Both the position numbers and the translations under genes were made by a program. The notes under the pieces were generated by a model that had not been told where the DNA came from, did no database searches, and saw only the letters and a list, made by a program, of their open reading frames with translations. Shown here one piece after another: positions 21,397-32,752 of a stretch of DNA of 64,000 nt. Origin of the DNA: Dimorphilus gyrociliatus (Eukaryota > Animalia > Annelida); contig CAJFCJ010000007.1 in assembly GCA_904063045.1 (NCBI GenBank), positions 244,819 through 308,818 of the forward strand. The letters are read 5' to 3'. Position 1 is the first letter of the stretch, and the number at the start of each line of letters is the position of its first letter.

Positions 21397-23686
21397 TTTG
21401 GTTGCGGAGGTAAACAATTCAAGTTCTTAATTATCGTGACCTATCAAAACAATAGTTATAAAATACCCTAAACATGGAAATTTAATGTCCTAAATGGTAA
21501 ATACTAAGCAAATAAGAAAAATATAATAGTATTTATAGATGTATAAGTAAAAAAAAACAGAATATATAACAACACAACACTATTAAGATTAACTATTAGA
21601 TTGATTAATAGATTAATTATTCATTAGAAAAACTAGGGAAAAAGAAGAAAAATATATTAAAAAAAGTTTATTTTAGTTTATTGATATTCTGCAATCAATA
21701 AAACTTGAGTAAAAAATAATATAAATTAATATAAAGTTTTTAAAAATCTCTTTGTTTTAACTAATCAAAAATGTAAAAGAGTATTAGTGATATTTAACAT
21801 TTGGTATTATTAATTAATTATATTTATATACAAAAGGGGTAGTGGGCGGAAATTGCATACTCATACTCTTATTTACATCAAAATAAAAACAATAAAAGAC
21901 ACGACTATTTCAGCTATGAGTAGTTAATATGATATTTCATTTACCATAATTAATCTATATAATAAAGTTACTAGAAGCTTATAGGACTATGATTACTCTA
22001 CTATAGCAATAGATTATCAAATTGACAGAAATTATACTATAATATGTTGGTTCTTGTAGTAAATTACAGAATGATGATATTTTAGGATGAAGAAATAAGA
22101 GAAACTACAAGTATATAAGCATCAAACATAGTTTTTCTCCATCCCTAAAATTGATTTATTGTTTACAATATACACGAATATTACGTCATCATCTTTTATA
22201 TCTAATAACAGAAATAAAAACTGTATACAATATTTCAGTGGGTCTACCAATCTTCCCCTTCAATTTATATCTAACATATACAACATATAGAGTAATATAT
22301 TTATTTATTTAATATATTTAAATACTAATTATCCAGTTATTAATGAAAAGAATATTATATGAGACATATGAAAATATGATCTTTTGATCCTTTGCGGAGG
22401 AGATTTGGTTTTTCTCACAAGCAGATGTGAGGTTAATAAGCTTTGCCATTTATTGAAGATTCCGTCAAAGATTGTATTGTCTTGAGAGAATGAAGATAAT
22501 ATTTTTATAGGAAGAGTATAAGAGGAGAGTTTCATTTTCTTTTTATAAAGAAATACAGTTGTATAAAAATAAATTTAATTTAAACAATAAAAGAGTAAAA
22601 TGGATAAGGAAACATAATTTAAGGACTGCTTTTTAAAAGGATTTGATACGATTTCTTTTAGTTCAATTAGAATATTGTAAAATTTGTATTTACTATTCTT
22701 TTTGTCATTAAAATAGTCCGCTTTAGGGTTTAGCTCAATAAGGAAGAAGAAAATCTTTGGAAGAGTACTTAAAAAGAGGCACAGGTGGCTAATACCTTCC
22801 AGTATTTTCCGTTACAATTTTAGATCCTATGTTACTAAATTTGGAAAGGTAAATTTGTCTTTTATTAAAGGAGTTCTAGAAGCAAAAAAAAGACTCTGGG
22901 AAGGCCCTACATCCCGCATTAAGTATATAAAATTACAGTAATATAACAGTTCATTGCAAACCATTAGTAGATATACTTTCCATCAATAATACTGTATACT
23001 GCAAATACGGCTTCTCTAGAAATTTGAAATATTAGTTGATAAAATGAATCAAACTAATTCGAATCAAAATGTAATTGTAGATTAAAAGAGAAAAGTTTAA
23101 GACTTCTTGTTAGTTATTTTATTATGGATGGCAGCCATCTAGCGGTGTGAAAATTCATAAAAGCTTTCTCCCTGCACGTTTGCTATTAAACCATCTCCTT
23201 TCTTAATTGGGAAATGTGGAAAATATTCTGTAGATACTTAATGAAATCTCAAGCTATCCAAATGAACATTTAAAAAGGTAAGTACGAAAGAGTCACCTAG
23301 TGTCGTGTCTTGCTATTCATTTGAAAACTGACCTCAGGCCAAGATATTTCTGATCGAGTAAGTACACGTATGAATGTCGTTAATAGCTGGGCACAACGTC
23401 GATTACAGGTTTTTACTTCAATATATATAAATACATCTATATCTATTATATAAATATTTCTCTTGTAAATAATGCAAAAACTGACCAAAGGCTGATGTCG
23501 ATAAAATTCCATCGTTGTCTTCCTATTGGTCAGTTGAGAAGCGTCTCGAGAGGAGTGAGACACTCGTTGGTTTTCAGTTTTACGCTTTTTAACGTTTACT
23601 TACTTATTTTCTTTTCAATTTACAAAAAAAGCTATTAGAAAACATCGATCATTACTTGAAGAAACTAGAGATGCTATAGGAAAAGG

Positions 23687-24091
23687 ATGAACAACGTCGG
23701 TCTGCCTAGTCCGGTAATACAACTTTTACAGCAATTGACGCCTCATAGTGACGACTTGAAGTGGCGAGTCAGCGGCGGTGGTAGAAAGGTCAAATTGACA
23801 TTGACCTGGGACTGGCGAACACCAAAAAAGGCAACAATTTGGAGAAAATTTCAACGCTTGATTAATGGAGAAGTTCGCTCTAGATCAAACCCGGTAACTC
23901 CTACAAGACCAAGGAATATTCCATTCATTGAAGCGGCAGCGCCTTTACGAGCTCGAAGCGAAGGGGAAATTATTTCAATCGACTCCAATGTCAGTTTTCA
24001 GTCACCCGATGACTCTTACGATCAAATTTTAGACGGTTCAGTTGTTTATCAATGTTTGAATGCTTGTGAGAGAATTCTGAACTGTGAATAA
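23687..24091 (+). CDS. Uncharacterised 134-aa single-exon protein
   Basis: ATG-to-stop ORF with GC content above the flanks and a protein-like sequence (GLPSPVIQLLQQL...WRVSGGGRKVKLTLTWDW). CCAAT-like ATTGG and TCAGTT elements upstream (23525-23580). No family recognised. Confidence 0.6.
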   Translation: MNNVGLPSPVIQLLQQLTPHSDDLKWRVSGGGRKVKLTLTWDWRTPKKATIWRKFQRLINGEVRSRSNPVTPTRPRNIPFIEAAAPLRARSEGEIISIDSNVSFQSPDDSYDQILDGSVVYQCLNACERILNCE

Positions 24092-24376
24092 GTTTTGTTT
24101 TAATGGAATTTTTCAATTTTTCCCTACTCTTCTATTGAAACAAGATTATAGGCTTTAGCCGGAAAGATTACATTTGTCTACCTCGCATTGACGAGTAATA
24201 ATTAAGTATGACATGGCAGAAAATCTCATTCATCGTTCTATTCGAACCCAAAAGCTATCAACAAATATAGAAAAGAGTGAAAAAATACAAAGTTATATAA
24301 TAGAAAACAGAGATAATCTGGATAATCGACAAAATAGGAAAATGAGAATAGATATTTAACTAGCCAATTTCTAACT

Positions 24377-26116
24377 CTAGAAGAACATTTTGGTTAGTTG
24401 TTCGATTGTATCTGAAGGATTCTTGACAGTATGTCCGATAGTCCTTTCATCTTCGAAAATTTCGTGATCGTTACCACCCTGTAAGTCAAAAGGAATCAGT
24501 TTATATTCGATATTAGAAGGCTGTGAAAATAATTTCGCCCCCTTGTTATAACTACAGAAAGTGTTACACCACCTAACACATTTGGTACAAGAGAAGGATA
24601 CTATTTTGTCCATATCTATTTATCTAACTGAAGATGGATAGTTTGATCTCTTTATCTGGATAGAATATCTATTCGATCCCTCAATTACGACTTACCGGTT
24701 GAGTTTTATCGCCAAAGAAATGAATAGTCTTGAAGCCTTTCTCGATAACTTTCTCCAAACAAAAACGTTTATCCCATCCAATAGGAAATACATCAATGCT
24801 TATTTGACCACCTGAGAAAAGAATAGATATATTTTAAAAATATTGAACTATTCAAGAGAAATTAAAAGAAAAACAATCAATTTCTCATTTTTTATACTCA
24901 AATATATTTGTATATACCGATTGCAAAGTTTAGACCAGCATCTGGGAATCTCTCTTTTAACTTCTGTACCAAGTTTTGGCGAACGTTATGCTCCTTATTT
25001 ACAAAGAAATAAAAAGGGGGCGTTATTTGTCTTTTTCTATATATAAATGCAGTAAATATACATATATACTGTATATATAAATGTACACAATATATTTACA
25101 TACAGTACTATCTACAATATATATAAAATATATAAATGTATTTACATTATATTTAAAGTGATATTTCGTTTCTTAAATGAAAAACTATAAAAAATGCTTG
25201 CTAACTTTATCATAGGCAGCGAATTCGTCTCTTTCCGCTTGACTGCAGCTACGCCCGACAGGGCAGACGTTTATTAAGCCGCTTCGAAATTCGATGAAAT
25301 TTCCACTACGCGTAAGGAATACAATTTATATGTATAAAATGAATATTACTTCCGAATGAGTTCAGTTAATTTTTCCCCTTACCGTTTCGCTGGTAATTTC
25401 AATTTAGATAATTCTTGTAATGTAAAATTTATGAATTCTTGTAGTTTCTCTTCACCACAGAATTTCAATATACTCTGTTCAAAAAGATAGATTTAATAAA
25501 CTTGCTTTTTTTGCTTATTTTTATAAATAACAATCACTTTAGTATTGAAAAATACTGTAGCATTAATATTTATTTACCTGCTTGGTAATCAATTCTTCAT
25601 TATGATAGGCAACTAAACCGTTTTCAAGGAATACGTATTCATACTTTTTAAGAACTATGAAAGAATATATAAACATTATATTTTGTTTTTTTAAAAGTTA
25701 AAGGCTTATCTAGCTTTAAAAGTTTGCCACTTACGTCCTTCAACCAAGTTACTTGATCCTTCTGATGCCAATTGTTCCGCTATTTTACTCAGGTCAGATC
25801 CACTAACTACTCCTACTACAACTTTTTTCGATAATTCTTGAAGAAAGTTATCCATATCTGGCTGTATTCTCTAAAAAAAATACAATTTGAACTCATTAAA
25901 TATCTCTTTTGCATAATAGTCTACGTGGAGGCAGCGTTTTGAAAAGAACTAGGCGAAAATTGGAACTAATTTAAAAAATTGACAGTGTTGAGCCCTTTCC
26001 GACTTTGAAAAGGTGATCAAGTTTTAGATATTTAAGATTAATATTACATTTCGAGAAGGTGTCAAGGTGCCATCCACGTCGAAGAGGCAAATCGTTGTTA
26101 AATCTTTAGATGCCAT
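24377..26116 (-). CDS. PMM2: Phosphomannomutase (HAD superfamily, PMM1/PMM2 type)
   Basis: Eight exons. First exon 26048-26116 [23 protein letters not shown] (DxDGT), then [56 protein letters not shown], and last exon 24377-24478 GGNDHEIF...TIGHTV. Confidence 0.96.
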
Positions 26117-26180
26117 GTTGGAAGTAACCAGAAAGTAGAAGATGATACGAAAGTTGGAATATTATTTTTTTAAGATAAAA

Positions 26181-26190
26181 CGGCGGGAAA
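26181..26190 (+). promoter_or_regulatory. E2F-like motif (GGCGGGAAA) in the PMM/alpha-arrestin bidirectional promoter
   Basis: CGGCGGGAAA about 65 bp upstream of the PMM ATG, within the roughly 640-bp head-to-head interval. Motif match only. Confidence 0.3.
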
Positions 26191-26753
26191 ATTTAAACTG
26201 ACAATAAATGCATTTTTTATGTAAAAATTGTTTCTTATTTTTCTAATAGTTAAAATCCTTATTATTCCACTTTAACAACTCTTTTTGAGCAGAAATAAGA
26301 AGTTGTTATTCATATTGCGCAAAAATATCTGGGTATTGTCTTCTTCGTCGAGAAATTCCTGAGGGCAAATCGTGTTGATAAGGAACCACTCTAGTGACAA
26401 ACAACGAAAAATCTCGACGTCACTCGAGACTACAAAAGCGCCTTTTGCAGGCCTAATATTTATAATATATAACAAGGGAACGTACAAAAACAGGCTTAAA
26501 ATCGATCGCATCGCTTCCACCTAATGACAGAGCGTCGAACAAAAAGCCACAAAAATAACGAATTAATAATTAAACGGACGGAGGCATCGAATTAACCGAA
26601 GTTACTGATATATGCCAGGTATTGCGGTGTTTTTCTTCGATCTTTTTCTTTCTATGCTTTTCTCTTACAAGTTTCCTGCCAGCATAAAATGTCATTTGGA
26701 GAGAAGGCGGCGTTTTATATCGAACGCCTCACTAGCCTAACTTGGCAATAGGA

Positions 26754-29700
26754 ATGAAGGGGACTGTGGCATCGAATAAACCGGTGCCTAATGTAAATAT
26801 CGATTTGGATCAAGAAGAGGTCTATTATAGGGATGGGGATCGAATTTCTGGAAAGGTCCGAATTGAAGTTATCGAAGATTTAAAATATAATTGTAAGTAT
26901 AATTTAAGAATCGTGCAAAATTGGTCACTGTAACTTAATTTTTTTTCAACAGGTGTAAAATTTGAAGCCTTGGGAATTGCCGTCGTCAAATGGAAGGTAG
27001 ACGAATGGCTAGATACTGCTACATTTCCGGAAGTTGACTGTAAACTTGCCAAGCATCATAGTAAGGAAATTTATCTGGACAAGCAGTTTCTTGTCCTGGA
27101 AAAAGGTTTGTTATCTGATTTTCTATAGAACTCTGTTTTCTCTCCTTTTTTTTGCCTCCTCTATATGTAAATTAGCATCTTATTTAAATAAATTACACAC
27201 GCAACAGAAGGAGGCATTTTGGACAGAGCGCCAGTTTTAAAAGCCGGTAAACATGAATTCGAATTCTCCTTCTGTTTACCTCCGGAGTTACCATCTTCCT
27301 TTGATGGTCAATATGGACGAATAGCTTATTTAATTCGCTGCGTATTCGAACGTCCCCGGAAGTCGCCTCTCGTCTTCCGAAAACCATTTACAGTAAAGTC
27401 AGGATTGGATCTAAATTTTATAGCCGAAGCTGCTTATCCTATAAAGATTTGTAAGAATAAACAAGTTGGTGGTACGGCCTGCTGCAACGGTAACAAGTCG
27501 ATAACAATTGATTGGTCTGTATCTCGTTCCGGTTACATTCCCGGTCAAGAAATTCTTGTCAGAGGGGCTGTTCAAAACGATTGTTACGACCTGATTAATT
27601 ATAGCAAAGCAGTCCTATTTATGATAATAGAATATAAAAAAAAGTATAGATTTAAAAGGGAGGAGAAGGAAATAGCTTGCGTTGAAAAGGGGCCTATAGG
27701 GCCTGGTGGTATCGAAGTCTGGAATGATAACTTACTAGTGCCAGATTTAATTCCACCCTCCGTCTACGAAAGATCATTACTCATCGTTATTCGATACGAA
27801 CTTCATGTAAGTAAATAAAACACGTAGTTTCAATAGAGTCTCTAAAGAAGTAATCCTTTTCTTTTGTTTTTTTCCCTCCTACTTTCTTTCGTACCTTTTT
27901 TTTTATTCATTACTCTTTCTGTTAACTTCTGTATGACTCATTCAGAAAGTTATTTATAAAAAATACCATTTTTCTCTTTAATTAAATCACATTCTTTAGA
28001 AGAAATATTCTTGCAAGGATTCCTTAGACGACCTCAATGTGGACCTAGTCACGCAACATCTTCTTATTTACTCTATTTTATTTTCTTCGCGATCCTTTGA
28101 CAAATTGAATATTTATTCAAATTTTTTCATTTCAATTGAATTGTTAATGAAAACATAATGAACTTGCAGCTTATCGTTGAATTAGAAAGTCGTCTTAAAC
28201 CTATAACCTTCTCAAGGGAAATTTATATCGGAACTGTACCAGTGAATAGAACAGATATGATATCTTGCTTATCCGCAATCTACTCTGTGCCACATTGTTT
28301 AAATAGCGTTAATCAAGTTTCCAGTTCATCTATGGAATCATTAAATAACACTGCTGAAGAAGATGAAAACCGTCTAAATCCAACTGCTCCGCTATTAAGC
28401 GACATCGAAGATAATCATCGCACTATACCTTCTGCTCCGAAATACGAAGATTTAGAGAGGTCTGGAGAAATTGATGATAGCGACAACGTCGAAGAAGATG
28501 AAATAATAACAGGTAATATAAATATTTTCTAATATTTCGTATTGTTAATATTGGAAAAACTACGAATCGTTACTTATATTTTCATAAATTGTTATTGTCA
28601 AATGTACCATTAATGCTGCTTACATTGTGACTAGCAGCGGTTATGGTTGGTAAAGTTTCTGTGATAGAGACGATATATTCTCTGGGACTTGTAAAGGTTT
28701 TGTAGAAAACGCCTTTTAACGCGAAAGCAGCAGCGGCATTAATGATCAGTAGAAGAATAATACCGATTATTACGCCCCGTAACTTTCTCTTTCCACATCT
28801 TTTTAAACTATTTGATTTCGTTTCGTAAGCGTCTTTTTTATTAGCTAACGCATTGAAGATTGAATCTGGTAATATTTTTTTTAGCTCTTCCTCTCTGTAC
28901 TAAGTAAACCATTATTTACCGTCTTTAAGTATTGATCACAAAAAAAAACAGTATTTACTTTATCCGTTGATGTCTCGTAATCGGGATAAGCTAGGTAAGG
29001 GTCATCATCCCCTTTTACTATTCGATCAGATAAAGCAGAGAAGATACTATGATCCTTGTAAACGTAGTCGAATTGACTGTTCTTATCCGCTTTTTTACGT
29101 GTCTTCTCGGGTTCTGCGAGATCGTTATAGGATGACGAATAATACAAACCCGCTTTATCGATTGGCTCTTTTACTCTTCCCAGAATTTTTAGGCGGTCAT
29201 TTAGACCTTTGCTTATTTCTGTCTTAAAATATGCAGTTGGCTGTCTATCATTTTGCATAGACGAATAATTCGCACGTTTCATTGATTGATTTAATTGTTT
29301 TATAGAATCGTTAAACTCCTTTTCTGACCTTGCAATTTGAACCGGCAAATTTTTCATAGTCAATTCTATTATTGATTTTATTTAAATATATTTGAAAATT
29401 TCTCTAATTTGAATGGAAACTCTTTTTATCTTGTTGATTATATATAAATATATACATATATATTGATAAAACAATTCTTTTCCTTGATTCCTAGACTCTC
29501 ATAGCAACCTAGAAGATTCTGAAGACAGAGAAACCAGTGAAGGGGCTCACAGCGAGAAGACTCTTTCTATTGAATCGAGGGGCGTCATCGGGTATGTAGG
29601 CCTGATTTAAGTAAAGAATGCAAAAGAAAATTACATATAGCTTATCCGTTTTCTTCAGAACTTTTTCGATTAGGAATTTTGAGATTGGAGAAAGAGAAAA

Positions 29701-29956
29701 TGTGGATGATGACGAAACTGACGACGATTTTCTCTCAGAACCAGATGATGTTATTGATAATGACAACGATACAGAAGATGAAGAGAAAGAAGCATCCGAT
29801 AATGTCGAATCTGAAGAGGAAGAAGAAGAAGAGAGTAGGATAATAATTTGTGGTCCAACAAACAGCGACGAAGAAATTTTAGAATCAAAGAAATCTCCAA
29901 TTGTTATTAGAAAACGAAGGGGAAAGAGGAAGAAAGCTATCTTAGTGGCCATTTAA
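26754..29956 (+). CDS. Alpha-arrestin (ARRDC-like) with a long acidic C-terminal tail
   Basis: Exons 26754-26892, 26953-27105, 27208-27806, 28170-28512, 29495-29591 and 29659-29956, all phase-matched. Arrestin_N (Y..GDRISGKV; GKHEFEFSFCLPPELPSSFDGQYGRIAY) and Arrestin_C (SRSGYIPGQEI...N; IPPS...IRYEL...IYIGTVP). The last two exons rest on splice-phase logic and continuity of D/E-rich composition. Confidence 0.85.
28582..29357 (-). CDS. Uncharacterised 238-aa type II membrane protein, nested antisense in the alpha-arrestin intron
   Basis: Exons 28959-29357 (133 codons) and 28582-28899 (105 codons plus stop) are separated by a 59-bp GT-AG intron. Basic KRCGKRKLR precedes a hydrophobic GVIIGIILLLIINAAAAFAL; the C-terminus is Thr-rich with sequons NVS and NGT. 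Confidence 0.72.
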
Positions 29957-30589
29957 CGACAAAATACGCTTTCTTTCATTCTTTTAAGTCTCTTCACTAC
30001 TGTTCACTATTATTTGCCTTTTTTTAGAATAACAAATAACTATTACAGAAGTTAGAAAATTGTAAATATATAAATGAAAAAGTAAGGGAAGATAATTCTC
30101 ACGGATAGACGGATAATCGATCTGAAATACAAAAAAGGATAGAATGAAAAAGAAAGAAATAAAAATGAACGGCCTTTTAAAATTAACCCGCCTTTTATTT
30201 TGTCTGTTTGTAAGTACGTCTTTCTTTATTTTACTTTGGGAAGCACCTTGTGATGTGATGGAAACATTGCATAAACTGTACCAAATAACTTAAAACAAAA
30301 TGGATCTTCAGGAGGCACTTATCAAGTTCGGCTATCTATCTGTCTAACAGAAGAGAAGAAGCTAAAGAGATATGCAATAAGAGGAATAAATCCCTACGAA
30401 GACGACCTAAATATATATATATATATGCTGTATATATATATATTTTTCATATTGTGCATTGTAGTGGGTGCTAAGAACAATCCAACTATTCTTTCAGTTT
30501 AATTTTCGTTTAAATGTATTTTGTTTTTTTATTATTCAATATGGAATAGAGCATGCAATAAAGCTAGAAAATGTTGTCTTTTATTCATA

Positions 30590-30665
30590 TAATATATAAA
30601 TATATATACATATATGCATATATTCATATATAAATTTATATATACATATATACATATATATATAA
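30590..30665. repeat. Imperfect (AT)n/(ATAC)n low-complexity tract
   Basis: Repeated TATATACATATAT-like units. Confidence 0.75.
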
Positions 30666-30822
30666 AAATGTGAGTAATATAGTTTATTTACAAACTATGC
30701 ATATCTACATCTATATCTTATTTTTCTATGTTGTAATGCAGAAAAAATACTACTTCGATCAAAAAGTAAACAAACAGTCTAAGTATTTCCTTTTTCTTTA
30801 ATTTTATCATTTAAGGTTTAAT

Positions 30823-31905
30823 TCAAAACCAACTTTGCTCTCTTATATCACTGGTTTGTAGTTTGTTTACTTGGTTGTCATTGGCAAACATGATTGCAAC
30901 TATGCAATTGGTCATTATTAAGATGATATTGAAAGCTGTGCAGACTTTCGAGAGACGCTCTTGAAAATTTGTTATTCCAAGGCACAAACAAAACCATATA
31001 AGCATCCTGTAAAGAAAAGATGTTAAACGAGTATATTTTTATTAATACTTTCTCCCTTATGGTATAGAAAAAACTTGCCTGAAGGCGAAACATCCAAAAA
31101 TAGCCGATCTTATCCAATGTACATACTGGTCGGGTAGAACAAAGGTTGATATAAGGGAATTGAGGAAAAATATTAAAGAGAAATCCAGGGAATTTCTATC
31201 AAATTTCTTCCGCTTGTTAACGGGTATTCCACAGCTAGAGAAGCAGCCTAAGCAGGTAAGAAAAAATGTCACAAGTTTACCTATTCTAGGCGACTATTGA
31301 GGGGTAATGAGTAATGAAAAAGATTTTAAACTATTTGCCAATCGATTATTTAGGCCTGATTCAGCAAAGAATGAGACCCTATTCTCTATCGATCTTTGGT
31401 ACAGTGATATCCAAGTCGAATATCTATTTGCTTAAGCTTTTTATTCTAATTAAGTAAACCTACTTGCTAACAACGGCACGGGCGTCCATACGTGAGCTTC
31501 CGTGATGTATCTGAACTTGTCCTCTAATTTAGATTCCTCGACATAAAAAATAGAGTCGAATAGATAGATGAAAACAAGAAACAGCGTTGATGGTAAGGCG
31601 TTAAATACCGATTTGCAAAAATAGAAGAATAGATTTTTAATTAGGCCTAAGGCTCTCGAACAACCGTTCAATACCCTTAAGCCAAAATTGATAACGAATT
31701 GAGGCAATTGGGAGACGTCAACCTGCTCAATCTCGTCTTCTGACGTCTCCTCGTCCTTCTCCTTGGTTGCTTTGTTCTCGACCATTTCCTTTAGGCATTT
31801 TCTCTCGGTACGTTTAGCTTTATGTATTGGTCGATTCTGCTTCTCATCTTTTGATATAGTATCATAAGCTTTTTCTCGATTTTCGCTTTCTTCCGATTCG
31901 GACAT
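30823..31905 (-). CDS. Uncharacterised multi-pass membrane protein
   Basis: ATG at 31905, charged N-terminus, then several hydrophobic segments in exons about 31464-31905, 31079-31285 and 30823-31006. The last intron needs a GC donor (AG|GCAAGT). The middle exon structure is uncertain and no family is recognised. Confidence 0.6.
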
Positions 31906-32005
31906 GACTTTTCTTCCTTGTCAAACAAATAGCGAAAATAACCCAACAAAATTAGACCTTTATGTATTATCCACACAGCTGGATTACCTGGACCAGAAAG
32001 ACGCT

Positions 32006-32016
32006 ACGCATGCGCA
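32006..32016. promoter_or_regulatory. NRF1-like palindromic motif (CGCATGCGCA) upstream of the 31905 gene
   Basis: ACGCATGCGCA about 100 bp upstream of the ATG on the - strand. Motif match only. Confidence 0.35.
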
Positions 32017-32752
32017 ATAGGCTTTCCAGATTTTTAGCATCTTGCCCTTTGCCTACTCGTTTACTACCTTATCAAAAACATCAGCGAGCGAATGCTACAC
32101 AGCTATAGCTATAGCTATACATTGTTAACAAGAGTATTCTCTTTCAGTTTAAATTATTCCGACTCAATTAATTAGTAGATCAAATTGACCAGATCGTATT
32201 TTAAAAAGGAACTTCGATTAGATAGTTGAAAAACAATTGATAATTAACTTTTCCAGTATATAAATAAAATAGTGCGTATTAGAATACATTATATGCTATT
32301 TTCCCTCTACATATTATATATCTTTCTCGTTCTATCTATATACAGTATACTGTACAATGTATACGTTTATAAATATATGTATTTGTATGTTGTATTTATA
32401 AATAGAAATACTTATAAAAATATACAAAATAATAAAAAGTAGAAGCACAAAATACATAGACAAATCATTATAAAATCATGAAAAATATATCTTATGCAAG
32501 AATATATAGTTCAAATTTTCATGTAAAACAGTATTTTGCATTGTTTTTCAAGTGCATTGTAGACGATATTTTAACCAATGACTTCGTTTTCCTCTTTTTC
32601 TTGTCAGATAGAAAAAAGGGAATACTTATAAAAAAAAATCGAACTGGATTTTTTTCTCTCTTTAACATATTATTATAAAAAGAATGTTATATTAATATAT
32701 CTTTATATGCTCTAAAAATTTTATATTGTTTACTGCAATAGTTAATCATCTT

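Noticed and set aside
29509-29952. 147-aa Ser-rich - strand ORF with a signal-peptide-like start
   Set aside because: It is the antisense shadow of the D/E-rich + strand arrestin exons (GAA/GAT codons read as Ser/Phe). The + strand has phase-matched splice sites; this ORF has none that work.
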